Below are positions 48,596 through 58,004 of a stretch of DNA of 64,000 nt, piece by piece. Within the stretch, counting starts at the first letter, position 1. Each line of letters begins with the position of its first letter. Source of the stretch: an uncultured Spirochaetota bacterium (GTDB lineage: Bacteria > Spirochaetota > Spirochaetia > SZUA-6 > Fen-1364). The DNA is taken from assembly GCA_963820525.1 (NCBI GenBank), contig CAWGAA010000002.1, positions 192,001 through 256,000 on the forward strand. Reading direction: 5' to 3'. The position numbers and the translations under genes were made by a program. The notes under the pieces are model-generated. The model saw only the letters and a program-made list of their open reading frames with translations. It was not told the DNA's origin and searched no databases.

Positions 48596-50113
48596 CTACT
48601 GGAAGCGCCGGCGGATCTCGGCGCTCACGTAGTCGAGCACGGCCACCGTCACGGCGATGAACCAGACCGCGATGCCCGCGGCCCGGTAGTCGAGGAGCCG
48701 GATGTACTGCACGAGGATGAAGCCGACCCCGCCGCCGCCCACAAGCCCGATGACCGTGGACATGCGCACATTGACGTCCCAGCGGTAGATCGAGAAGGAC
48801 ACGAACGGGGAGATCATCTGCGGTACCACCGCGTACATGATGTTCTGAAGGCGCGTGGCGCCCGTGGCGTCGATGGCCTCGATGGGTCCCGGGTCGATCC
48901 CTTCGATGGCCTCGGAATACAGCTTTCCCAGGGCGGCCACCGAATGCACGGTGAGCGCCACGATCCCGGCAAAAGGCCCGAGTCCCACCCAGACCACTGC
49001 GATGAGGGCCCAGATCAAGGGCTCGATGGCCCTTACCACGTTCATGACGGTGCGGGTGAAGAAGTAGATTGCCAGGGTGATGGGCGAGCCGGACATGATG
49101 TTGCGTGCCGCCAGGAAGCTTACAGGAATGGAGAGGATGATCCCGAACAGCGTGGCCATCATGCCCATGAAGATCGTCTCAACCATGCGCTGCACTACCA
49201 ACTGCAGCGGCTCGCTCACGCGAAGCGGCGCAAAACCGATGGGCTGCCGCGCCTCCACCCTGTGCGGCTGTTCCCTGCCCTTCACCGAAGGCCCGATGGA
49301 GTAGGGCATGACGACATCCACGGTGAAGCTGCCCTGCGCGTCGGTCTGAATAGAGAGGTAGTTTCCGCCCTTTCGAAGCTGAAAGGCGTTTCCCAGGGGA
49401 TCGATCCACCACAGATCCACCGGAAGCCCCGGCTTGAAGCCGGTGCCGGAGAGCGTGATGGTAGTGCCGGGAATGAGCTGGTTGTTCTCGTCGAGAAAGG
49501 AGAGGTCTCCCGTGCTCGGGTTGGCCACCATGTGCGGCTTGCCGGGCACGATGGGATCCGGCGCCGGCCCCGGCCCGGCGGACTTCGGCACCATGATGGA
49601 AGCGCCGGCAACCGAAAGGAGCGGCTCCCTGACAACCGCAGCCTGCCACGGCCAGATCACCCTGCCAAGCGGCTGCATGGCCTGGGGGAAGTCGGTCACC
49701 AGCCGGGCGGGGGAGATCTCGCTGATCTGCCACCCCAGGGCAAAGAAAGCGAATAGGATGAGCACGAATAAAAGCGGGCTTCCGCGGTGCTCCCGTGCCC
49801 GAAGGAAGGCGTCCCACCCGTTCCAGAGCCAGATTGCGGCGGCGCAGAGGATCACCAGCACCACGAACAGGGGCTGAAGCTCGAAGGCCTTTCGGAGCAT
49901 CGCGCCGCGAGTCTGCTGCAAGCGGCCGAGGAGCGCGAACCTCCACGCCATCATTCCCACGATGGACAGGACCGAGCAGAGGATGAGAACACCGCGCCAA
50001 ATAGCGCGAGAAAGGGCCTGGCCGAGTCCCGGCACGATGAGGGAGAGGATTCCAGCGGCCCAGGGGCGTACGAGAGCGGGACGCTCTTCCTGGGGGGCGA
50101 GTGCCTGTTTCAT
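48596..50113 (-). CDS. phnE: Phosphonate/phosphate ABC permease with extended N-terminal region
   Basis: C-half ETIFMG, RAIEPLIWAL, GKLYSEAIEGID, RWDVNVRMST; 505 aa. Confidence 0.85.
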   Translation of the reverse strand: MKQALAPQEERPALVRPWAAGILSLIVPGLGQALSRAIWRGVLILCSVLSIVGMMAWRFALLGRLQQTRGAMLRKAFELQPLFVVLVILCAAAIWLWNGWDAFLRAREHRGSPLLFVLILFAFFALGWQISEISPARLVTDFPQAMQPLGRVIWPWQAAVVREPLLSVAGASIMVPKSAGPGPAPDPIVPGKPHMVANPSTGDLSFLDENNQLIPGTTITLSGTGFKPGLPVDLWWIDPLGNAFQLRKGGNYLSIQTDAQGSFTVDVVMPYSIGPSVKGREQPHRVEARQPIGFAPLRVSEPLQLVVQRMVETIFMGMMATLFGIILSIPVSFLAARNIMSGSPITLAIYFFTRTVMNVVRAIEPLIWALIAVVWVGLGPFAGIVALTVHSVAALGKLYSEAIEGIDPGPIEAIDATGATRLQNIMYAVVPQMISPFVSFSIYRWDVNVRMSTVIGLVGGGGVGFILVQYIRLLDYRAAGIAVWFIAVTVAVLDYVSAEIRRRFQ

Positions 50114-50901
50114 GTCGTCGGCCCCTCCTCCCGACGGCCCGCATTAGTGCGCACGGCCTCCTCGCCGTAGATCTCCTTGAACTCGGTGTCCGTCATTCGG
50201 CGGATGTCCTCTCCCGTTCCGCGCCATACGAGCCTGCCGCCGTGGAGACCGATGACCCGGCTGGCATAGCGCTGAACCAGGTCGAGGTAGTGCAGGCTGC
50301 AGAGGATCGTGATGTGGTCCTCGCGGTTGAGCTCCTCCAGGTGTCCGAGGATCGAGTGGGCGAGGACGGGATCGAGGCTGGCAACGGGCTCGTCGGCCAG
50401 GATCATGCGGGGCTGCTGCATCAGGGCCCGGGCGATTCCGACCCTCTGCTGCTGCCCGCCGGAAAGCTCGCGCGCCTGCTTTCGCGCCTTGTCGCGCATC
50501 CCGACCCGTTCCAGCGCCTTCCAGGCCAACTCGCGGTCCGCCGGGGGGAAGCGGTGGAAGAGGCTGGGCCCTGATTTCACGTAGCCGAGGCGGCCGGAAA
50601 GGACATTGGTAAGCACCGAGGATCGCTTCACCAGGTTGAACTGCTGGAACACCATCCCGATCTGGCGGCGGATGCGCCGAAGGTCCTCGCCTTGAGCGGC
50701 GGTGACGTCCACCCCGTCCCAGAGGATCCTGCCCTCGGTGGGGTCGATCAGGCGGTTGATGCAGCGAAGGAGGGTGGATTTGCCCGAGCCGCTCAGGCCA
50801 ATGATGATGAGAAACTCGCCCGGCTCGACGGTGAAGCTCACGTCGCGCAGGGCTACCGTTCCGTCCTTGTACACCTTGGTCAGGTTCTGAACCTCGAGCA
50901 T
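50110..50901 (-). CDS. phnC: Phosphonate ABC ATPase
   Basis: GLSGSGKS, NVLSGRLG, LSGGQQQRVGIAR, ADEPVASLDP. Confidence 0.9.
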   Translation of the reverse strand: MLEVQNLTKVYKDGTVALRDVSFTVEPGEFLIIIGLSGSGKSTLLRCINRLIDPTEGRILWDGVDVTAAQGEDLRRIRRQIGMVFQQFNLVKRSSVLTNVLSGRLGYVKSGPSLFHRFPPADRELAWKALERVGMRDKARKQARELSGGQQQRVGIARALMQQPRMILADEPVASLDPVLAHSILGHLEELNREDHITILCSLHYLDLVQRYASRVIGLHGGRLVWRGTGEDIRRMTDTEFKEIYGEEAVRTNAGRREEGPTT

Positions 50902-50924
50902 GACCGAGTGAGTCCCTTCCTGAA

Positions 50925-50948
50925 AGCGGGGGCCTCGCGGCCCCCGCT
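50925..50948 (-). terminator. GC-rich hairpin between phnD and phnC (terminator or mRNA stabiliser)
   Basis: AGCGGGGGCC-TCGC-GGCCCCCGCT perfect 10-bp stem. Confidence 0.6.
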
Positions 50949-50973
50949 CAATCCATTGCCAAGCGGCCGTCCG

Positions 50974-51882
50974 TCACTTCTTCGGCATCAGTACGTCCGC
51001 TGTCACGCCGGCGGCCTGGAGCACCTGGCGGAAAGAATCATAGAAGCTGTCGTCATGCTTCTCCAGGGCGGTCCACTGGTATGCCGTGTTGATCGCGGCC
51101 TTGCCCTCGGGGGTCGCAATGATGGAGAGAAGACCGTCGACGATCTTGTCTCGCAGCTCCTGCGGCACGGACGGGCTGAACTGCACGCCGTCGTTGGGGA
51201 TGTTGCCGGATTCCTGGAGCACGATCACCTTCTCCATCACGTCGGGGTGATCCTTCTGGATGTTGGCGCGCGCGTCCACGAAGCAGGCGCCTGCATCGGC
51301 CTGGCCCGTGTACACGGCGGTCACGACCGCCGGATGGCTGCCGGCATCCAGGACCTTCAGATCGGTATCCAGATTCAGCCCCGCCGCTTTGAGCATCAGG
51401 CTCGGGATGATCCAGCCGCTCGCGGAAAGCGGGTCCACCCGGGCGAAGCTGTGGCCCTTGAGATCGGCCAGCGTCTTTATGCCCGTATCCGGCCTCGTGA
51501 TGATCATGCCCTTGTAGAAGGCGCTTCCGTTTCGCACGGAGACCAGCGCGGCCTGGGCCACCTTCTGGTCCGCGGCGAGGATGTACGCTGCCGTGGCGAG
51601 CGAGCTCATCTGCGCCTTGGGCGGCTTGGCCTTCATGGCTTCAATGACGCCGACATAGTCCGTGGCCACGAAGGTCTTGAAGAACAGGCCGGTCTTGGCG
51701 TGAAGAAGGTCCGCGACGCTCTGGGCCCCCGCGGAGACTTTCCCCGTCTCGCCGGAGGGCACGTACGCCCAGATGATGGGGTTCTTCTCGGTCCCGAGCT
51801 GCTCCTGCTGCGCCGAGGCGAATCCAATGATCGCGCATGCCGTCATCAGCGCGAGCGATAGGAGAACGATTTTTCTGCCCAA
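50974..51882 (-). CDS. phnD: Phosphonate/phosphate ABC substrate-binding protein
   Basis: TTG start after AAAGGAGG; DYVGVIEAM, DPLSASGWIIP, GSHPAVV, IPND. Confidence 0.88.
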   Translation of the reverse strand: MGRKIVLLSLALMTACAIIGFASAQQEQLGTEKNPIIWAYVPSGETGKVSAGAQSVADLLHAKTGLFFKTFVATDYVGVIEAMKAKPPKAQMSSLATAAYILAADQKVAQAALVSVRNGSAFYKGMIITRPDTGIKTLADLKGHSFARVDPLSASGWIIPSLMLKAAGLNLDTDLKVLDAGSHPAVVTAVYTGQADAGACFVDARANIQKDHPDVMEKVIVLQESGNIPNDGVQFSPSVPQELRDKIVDGLLSIIATPEGKAAINTAYQWTALEKHDDSFYDSFRQVLQAAGVTADVLMPKK

Positions 51883-52053
51883 GCGATACCTCCTTTGGTG
51901 AAAAGCTTTCCATCAGGGTACGACGCTGGAGCTAAACCGTCAAGCGAAAGGAGAGCAGTGCCTCAATGGGCCGGCAGGGCAGTCGTGCGGCCGTTAAGGC
52001 CGCGGGGCACATGCCACTTCACCAGGGGCGCCGGCCCGGATATGCTTTCCGCC

Positions 52054-52779
52054 ATGGCCGCGGACATTCACGAGCTTCTCCTTCTTCTGGGGAGGCCCGC
52101 CTCGGGCAAGAGCGAGATCATCGACTATCTCCAACATCTCGATGCCGAGCAGAGGCGCCGGCGCTTTCGGGTCGGCACCCCGGTTGTCCTGGACGACTTT
52201 CCCCTGCTCTGGGCCTGGTTCGAGGAGGACGGGATCCTGGAGCGGATTGGCAAGGCGCGGCTGCACAGCGCGGCTGACGGGTACTTCTCCGCGAGACACT
52301 TCTGGGAGGTGCTGATCAGGCGCCTCGCCCTCGAATACGACAAGCTTCAAGCCGCGGATTCCGATCTGCACAAAACCACTACTGTCGTCATCGAGTTCTC
52401 CCGGGGAACGGAGCACGGCGGGTATAAGGAGGCGCTTGCCCAGCTCTCCGATGCGGTGCTCGAGCGGGCGGCGGCGCTGTATGTCCATGTCTCTTTCGAA
52501 GAATCCCTGCGCAAGAATCGCCGCAGGTTCAACCCCGACAAGCCCCACAGCGTCCTCGAGCATGGGCTGCCCGACGAAAAGATGGACCGGCTCTACCGCC
52601 GGGACGACTGGCAGGATCTCACCCGCGCCGATACCGGACACCTCCTGGTGCGGGGCCGCACAGTGCCGGCAGTCACGTTCGAAAACGAGGACGATGTCAC
52701 GACTCCCCGGGGAGACGCCCTGGGAAAACGGCTCCAGGAGTGCCTGGAAAAGCTCTGGAGGCTCCGCTTCGAATCGTAG
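52054..52779 (+). CDS. Hypothetical P-loop NTPase (nucleotide-kinase-like fold)
   Basis: LLLGRPASGKS near the N-terminus; VVIEFSRG. Confidence 0.65.
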   Translation: MAADIHELLLLLGRPASGKSEIIDYLQHLDAEQRRRRFRVGTPVVLDDFPLLWAWFEEDGILERIGKARLHSAADGYFSARHFWEVLIRRLALEYDKLQAADSDLHKTTTVVIEFSRGTEHGGYKEALAQLSDAVLERAAALYVHVSFEESLRKNRRRFNPDKPHSVLEHGLPDEKMDRLYRRDDWQDLTRADTGHLLVRGRTVPAVTFENEDDVTTPRGDALGKRLQECLEKLWRLRFES

Positions 52780-52853
52780 AGGCGGGCTGCCGAGCTTCCA
52801 ACGTGATGTCGGGGCGCCCCTCTAGAGCCCCCCGGATATCGAGGCTTGAGTGA

Positions 52854-52883
52854 ATAGGTGGGACGGAAGCCCGTCCCACCTAT
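52854..52883. terminator. Perfect 13-bp hairpin between convergent genes
   Basis: ATAGGTGGGACGG-AAGC-CCGTCCCACCTAT. Confidence 0.65.
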
Positions 52884-52920
52884 CGCCGTTCGTCATCGCC
52901 GCTCCGGCTGGAGCAAATCA

Positions 52921-53868
52921 CTATTGCTTATTGCTCTTCAGATCCCAGCTTACCTCGAATTCTGGCCCGGGAGTGCCGTCGGACCTCGTTTGCGTGTACG
53001 TTATCGTGATCTTGGAGAACGTCAGCGCCACTTCTTCCAGCAGCCGGCCGTTGGTTCCCGTGGCGGCCGCGGGCTGGAGCGAGGTTATGATAACGTCCTC
53101 GAGCTCGAACTTGAGAATAGGAAACGTCTCATTGCCTCCACTTCGCAGGACCTCAATGTCCGCGCGTGGGATCTGGTCCCCGTTGGCCGCGTACAAGAAG
53201 AGGCTCGGAGAAGAGCGGTCTATGACTTTGAGGATTGTGAAGCTTCCGAATTCGGCCTTGGATGAGCCGCCGCCGGGAGTCATAGAGCCGGATCTCTCCA
53301 CGCCGAAGTGGTAGCCGACCGTGTCGATCCAATCCCTGTGGTGCTGGTCCGTCGATTCTCCATTTATTTGTTCAAGTTTTGTAAAAATGTCGCATCCGGT
53401 CGGAATGACGATGCCGTCGCTGGAAGCGCCTTGACCCATGCCTTCCAGGTTGACGGTCACATCGCTGGGATCTCCCTTCGGACCCGGGGGACCTTGCGCT
53501 CCGGGATCTCCTTTTTCACCCGCCGGTCCCGTCTGGCCCACGGGGCCGGGAAGACCTTCAGGTCCTATCGGGCCGGTTGAGCCTGCGGGGCCGGGAATGC
53601 CCGCCGGACCCATGGGACCGGTCGGACCTGCAGGTCCGGCAGGGCCCATTGGCCCAACCGGTCCCTTCTCCCCTTTGGGCCCAGGGATGAGATGAATCGA
53701 GCGGACGGCTTTCCAGAGCTGCTGGATGTCGCGCTCGATCCGCTCAAGTCTGGCGTTCTGATTGCCATCCCCCCTGCCGGGTCCGTCGTTGTCTGTCGCC
53801 CACGCTTTCATGGTTAAAAAAGAAATGAATAGGGCGATGATCAGGATCAATCGACGTTCTGTTTTCAT
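52921..53868 (-). CDS. Signal peptide + coiled coil + collagen (24 Gly-X-Y) + Hcp-like (T6SS tube) domain protein
   Basis: RBS GAGGAGG; 315 aa. Hcp motifs [55 protein letters not shown]. Confidence 0.85.
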   Translation of the reverse strand: MKTERRLILIIALFISFLTMKAWATDNDGPGRGDGNQNARLERIERDIQQLWKAVRSIHLIPGPKGEKGPVGPMGPAGPAGPTGPMGPAGIPGPAGSTGPIGPEGLPGPVGQTGPAGEKGDPGAQGPPGPKGDPSDVTVNLEGMGQGASSDGIVIPTGCDIFTKLEQINGESTDQHHRDWIDTVGYHFGVERSGSMTPGGGSSKAEFGSFTILKVIDRSSPSLFLYAANGDQIPRADIEVLRSGGNETFPILKFELEDVIITSLQPAAATGTNGRLLEEVALTFSKITITYTQTRSDGTPGPEFEVSWDLKSNKQ

Positions 53869-54190
53869 ACTTTCCTCCTCTTGCGTCGAACGGTACCATG
53901 GACGACGAACAGAGGCAAGCGATGGAACGGTCGATTGAGGCATTCTTCCCCGCGTGGAACGCGTTTTGGGGCAAAGTTGGGACACGCGATGCCTTCGGAA
54001 GATCGCTCTTCATTCTCGACTGGATTGTCTCGAATCAGCCCTATTCTCTTACAGTCGCACGAGAGTGTCCCAATGCATGCAATTACAATGATTATATAGG
54101 AATACATGAACGCACTTTCCCGGAAGCGTCATTCTGCTAAGCGATCACTGATTAGCATGGAGCGACGGCAGTATAAGACTATTGAAAGCA

Positions 54191-54206
54191 TGGCATGCTT
54201 TTTGCA
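54191..54206 (+). promoter_or_regulatory. Sigma54 (-24/-12) promoter of the sugar ABC operon
   Basis: TGGCATGCTTTTTGCA, an exact GG-N10-GC match, about 140 bp upstream of the SBP gene. Confidence 0.8.
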
Positions 54207-54347
54207 CAAAATATCATTGACTATCACACCGGGTGATATGTGAAACTCATCGATACAAAGCTCGCACGCCGAGAGCAGGAGGTGATATAACTGTCTAAGG
54301 TGTCAGCTTTGTAGGAGAGTGTCATTTCCAAAAAACGGAGGTGCATT

Positions 54348-55385
54348 ATGAAAAGGTTCCTCGTCTGTCTTCTTGCCCTTCTTGTCCTGGCGGCCTTCAG
54401 CGTTTACGCGGGTGGCGCCAAGGAAGCGGGACCGGCTGCGGGAAAACATCCGATCAAGAACAACACGATCACCATAGCCTGGATACCAAAAGCGTTGAAC
54501 AACCCGGTCTTCGAATTGGGCCGCGTGGGCGCCCTTAAAAAGGCTGAGGAGTTGACCGCCAAAGGTCCCTACAAGGTGAACATCTTGTACGTCGCCTCGG
54601 TGGCATCGGACATTGCGGAGCAGGCGCGGGTTGTCGAGGATGTCATCGCAAAAGGGGTTGACGCCATCGGCATCTCGTGCAACGAACCGACGGGCTGTGT
54701 AGACCCCATCCAGAAAGCGGTCAAAGCGGGAGTCGAGGTCATGACGTGGGATTCAGATTCGCCGAAAAGCGGGCGTTTCACCTACCTGGGTGTCGACAAC
54801 TATGAGGGCGGGAAGGCCGCTGCAGACCTGCTCGTGAAAGCCATGGGGACCAGTGGAGATGTCGCCCTGCTCACCGGCGTGCCGGGAGCGTTCAACCTGG
54901 AGGAGCGCATCCGCGGGTTCAAAGACGGCGTCAAGAACTACCCGAACATCAAGATCGTAAAGACCGTGGCCTGCAACGACGACATCAACCAGGGGGTGCA
55001 GGTCGTGGAGGAGACCATGCAGTCGAACCCCGACCTGAAGGGCTGGTTCTTCGTCGGTCTCTGGCCGCTGTTCGCCAACCGCGGCTCCATGAAGAGCTGG
55101 GAAGCGGCAGAGAAGGCAGGCACGTTGAAGACGATTTCTTTCGACACGCTTCCGGTGGAGCTGGACTTCGTGAAGGATGGATACGTCCAGGGCCTCGTTG
55201 GCCAGAAATACTGGGGCTGGGGATACGACACGGTCCAGATGATCTATGATAAAATCGTCAGCGGGAAGACCTTCGGTTCGTTTACCAACTCCGGCATGGA
55301 TCTCGTCACGCCGAAGAACGTTGCTGTCATGGCCGACATGTGGGCCACAATGGACTTCACCAAGACCCTGCCGCCGGCCTTTTAA
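54348..55385 (+). CDS. Monosaccharide ABC substrate-binding protein (RbsB-like)
   Basis: Signal peptide; [42 protein letters not shown]. Confidence 0.9.
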   Translation: MKRFLVCLLALLVLAAFSVYAGGAKEAGPAAGKHPIKNNTITIAWIPKALNNPVFELGRVGALKKAEELTAKGPYKVNILYVASVASDIAEQARVVEDVIAKGVDAIGISCNEPTGCVDPIQKAVKAGVEVMTWDSDSPKSGRFTYLGVDNYEGGKAAADLLVKAMGTSGDVALLTGVPGAFNLEERIRGFKDGVKNYPNIKIVKTVACNDDINQGVQVVEETMQSNPDLKGWFFVGLWPLFANRGSMKSWEAAEKAGTLKTISFDTLPVELDFVKDGYVQGLVGQKYWGWGYDTVQMIYDKIVSGKTFGSFTNSGMDLVTPKNVAVMADMWATMDFTKTLPPAF

Positions 55386-55407
55386 AAGGTGCGCAGGAGC
55401 TTTCGTC

Positions 55408-55445
55408 CCGGCCGGGGTCCATCGCGTCCCCGGTCGGTTTTTTTT
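55408..55445 (+). terminator. Hairpin + T8 between the SBP and ATPase genes
   Basis: CCGGCCGGGG-loop-CCCCGGTCGG-TTTTTTTT. Confidence 0.7.
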
Positions 55446-55465
55446 CGACGCCGCGCAAACCGAAT

Positions 55466-56986
55466 ATGAGTGATGACAGGGCTTTCCTCTTGCAGATGCA
55501 GCAGATATCCAAATCCTTTCCCGGAGTCCAGGCGCTGGACGGCGTGGACCTGGAAGTCCGTGCCGGAGAGGTTCTTGCCCTGGTGGGCGAGAACGGCGCG
55601 GGCAAGTCCACCCTGATGAAGATCCTGAGCGGCGCTCATCGCAAGGACGCGGGGCGAGTCTTTCTGGAAGGAAGGGAGGTGGAGATCGAGAACCCGCACC
55701 ACGCGCTGCAGCTGGGTATCGCCATCATCTACCAGGAGTTCAACCTCACCCGCAACCAGACGGTGGCGGCGAATATCTACATCGCCCGCGAGCCGCGCGT
55801 GGCAGGGCTTGGCGGCGTGTTGGGCTTCGTCGACCGCTCCCGCATGGAAGCGGACGCCAGCCGGGTTCTCCAGCGCATCCGGTCGAAGATTCCCGTCGAC
55901 GTCAAGGTGCGGGATCTTTCCGTGGCCCAGCAGCAGATGGTGGAGATAGCCAAGGCCATCGCGGTGCAGGCGAAGATCCTGATCATGGACGAGCCGACCG
56001 CGGCCCTGGGCGAGAACGAAACCGAGGTGCTTTTCGAGACGGTGCACGGCCTGAAAGCCCAGGGGATCGCCATCATCTTCATCACCCATCGGCTGGAGGA
56101 GATGTTCCGCATCGCGGACCGCGTCGTCGTGCTGAGGGACGGGCAGCGCGTCGGAGAGCTTCCCATCGCGGAGGCGACGCCCGATCGGGTGGTGCAGATG
56201 ATGGTCGGGCGGAGCCTCCAGGAAATCTTTTACAAAGAGCCGGTGGACATCACGCAGCCTATCCTCGAAGTGCGCGGTCTCACCCGGCGCGGCGCCGTTC
56301 TGAACGTCAGCTTCACGCTGCGCCGCGGAGAGATCCTCGGCTTTGCGGGGCTGGTGGGAGCCGGGCGCACGGAGACGGCGCGGCTGCTGTTCGGAGCGGA
56401 CACCCGTGACGGCGGCGAGGTGCTGTTGGAGGGCAAACCTCTGCGGATCGACTCGCCCACCGCGGCCGTGAAGGCGGGGATCGGGCTGGTTCCGGAAGAC
56501 CGCGGCCTGCAGGGGTTGGTGCTCAAGTTGCCGGTCCAGGAGAACATCGTGCTGGCGACCCTGCCGCGGCACAGTACGGCAGGCTGGATGGACAGGTCCC
56601 GGATTGCGGAGACGGCCCATACCTTCGTGCAACGGCTCTCTATCAGGACGCCGCACCTGCGTCAGAAAACGATGCTCCTCTCCGGCGGCAACCAGCAGAA
56701 GGTGGTGCTCGCCAAGTGGCTGGCCTCCCAACCGAAGGTGCTGATTCTGGACGAGCCGACCCGCGGCATCGATGTGGGCGCGAAGGCGGAGGTGCATGCC
56801 CTCATGAGCCGGCTTGCGCGCTCCGGCATCGGCATTATAATGATCTCATCGGAGCTGCCTGAGATCATGGCAATGAGCGACAGGATCATCGTGATGCATG
56901 AAGGTCGCATTGCGGCCGTGCTCGGCCGTTCGGAAGCGACGCAGGAGCTGGTTATGGCGTACGCAAGCGGACAGCAGAGGGGGTAG
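55466..56986 (+). CDS. Monosaccharide ABC ATPase with two NBDs (RbsA-like)
   Basis: GENGAGKS, LSVAQQQMVEIAK, MDEPT; second NBD LSGGNQQK, LDEPTRGIDVG. Confidence 0.95.
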   Translation: MSDDRAFLLQMQQISKSFPGVQALDGVDLEVRAGEVLALVGENGAGKSTLMKILSGAHRKDAGRVFLEGREVEIENPHHALQLGIAIIYQEFNLTRNQTVAANIYIAREPRVAGLGGVLGFVDRSRMEADASRVLQRIRSKIPVDVKVRDLSVAQQQMVEIAKAIAVQAKILIMDEPTAALGENETEVLFETVHGLKAQGIAIIFITHRLEEMFRIADRVVVLRDGQRVGELPIAEATPDRVVQMMVGRSLQEIFYKEPVDITQPILEVRGLTRRGAVLNVSFTLRRGEILGFAGLVGAGRTETARLLFGADTRDGGEVLLEGKPLRIDSPTAAVKAGIGLVPEDRGLQGLVLKLPVQENIVLATLPRHSTAGWMDRSRIAETAHTFVQRLSIRTPHLRQKTMLLSGGNQQKVVLAKWLASQPKVLILDEPTRGIDVGAKAEVHALMSRLARSGIGIIMISSELPEIMAMSDRIIVMHEGRIAAVLGRSEATQELVMAYASGQQRG

Positions 56987-56991
56987 CAACT

Positions 56992-57990
56992 ATGGCAGAA
57001 GACTCGTCGAAATCCTCCGCGCCGAGCGCGCGGCGGGGAGCCGCCCTCCGCGGGATCGTGCGCGCCCAGGAGTTCGGCGTGTCCCTCATCCTGGCCGCGA
57101 TGGTGCTCTTCCTGAGCGTCTTCACGAACACCTTCCTCACGAGCACGAACATCTTCAACATCCTTCGCGCTTTCTCCTGGATCGCCATCAGCGGCTTCGG
57201 CGAATGCATGGTAATCATCACCGGAGGGATAGACCTCTCCGTGGGATCGGTGATGGGCTTCGCCGGTCTGATCTCGGCGATGCTGCTCAGATTCTCCGGA
57301 AACATTCTTCTGGCGGTGGCGGGCGGCCTTGCCGCCGGCGTCGTGATCGGCCTGCTCAACGGATTGATGGTCACGAAAGCACGGCTGCCTCCCTTCATCG
57401 CGACCCTGGGCATGCTGCTCATGGCGCGCGGCCTGTGCTACGGCCTCTCGGGCGGTTGGCCCGTGCAGGATCTTTCCCAGGGCTTTCGAAACCTGGGGCA
57501 GTTCGACATCCCCTTCCTGGGCGCGGGCATTCCCCTCCCCCTGGTGTTCATGATCGTCATCGGCGCGATCATGATGGTGTTCCTGACGCGCACTGTCTGG
57601 GGATACCGCATCTACGCGGTCGGAGGCAATGAAGTGGCCTCGGGGCTTTCCGGCATCAGCACGGACCGCGTGAAGATCATGGTCTACACCCTCGGCGCGT
57701 TCCTCACCGCGATCGGCGGTATCCTGATGACCGCCCGCTTGGGGGTGGCGTCCCCGATGGCTGCATACGGGTACGAGCTCGATGTGATTGCGGCGGCGGT
57801 GGTCGGGGGCACGAGCCTCGCCGGCGGGGAAGGAACGATCCTTGGGGTTCTCATCGGTGCGGCTATCATGCAGGTGCTCCGCACGGGACTCATACTGACC
57901 GGCGTGTCCGCCTACTGGCTGCAGGCGGTCCAGGGTCTGGTGATCGTCGTGGCGATCATGCTCGACCAGCTGCAGAAACGCCGCAGATAA
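56992..57990 (+). CDS. Monosaccharide ABC permease (RbsC-like)
   Basis: GGIDLSVGS, PPFIATLG, YAVGGNEVASGLSGI, ELDVIAAAVVGGTSL. Confidence 0.95.
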   Translation: MAEDSSKSSAPSARRGAALRGIVRAQEFGVSLILAAMVLFLSVFTNTFLTSTNIFNILRAFSWIAISGFGECMVIITGGIDLSVGSVMGFAGLISAMLLRFSGNILLAVAGGLAAGVVIGLLNGLMVTKARLPPFIATLGMLLMARGLCYGLSGGWPVQDLSQGFRNLGQFDIPFLGAGIPLPLVFMIVIGAIMMVFLTRTVWGYRIYAVGGNEVASGLSGISTDRVKIMVYTLGAFLTAIGGILMTARLGVASPMAAYGYELDVIAAAVVGGTSLAGGEGTILGVLIGAAIMQVLRTGLILTGVSAYWLQAVQGLVIVVAIMLDQLQKRRR

Positions 57991-58004
57991 CGCCCCGCCG
58001 GATC

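Noticed and set aside
52921..53868. Type VI secretion gene cluster or prophage tail locus
   Set aside because: No sheath, VgrG, baseplate or phage genes are nearby; only the single fusion gene is present.
54222..54238. Phage lambda-type operator
   Set aside because: It resembles TATCAC-N5-GTGATA, but there is no phage context; kept only as a generic palindrome.
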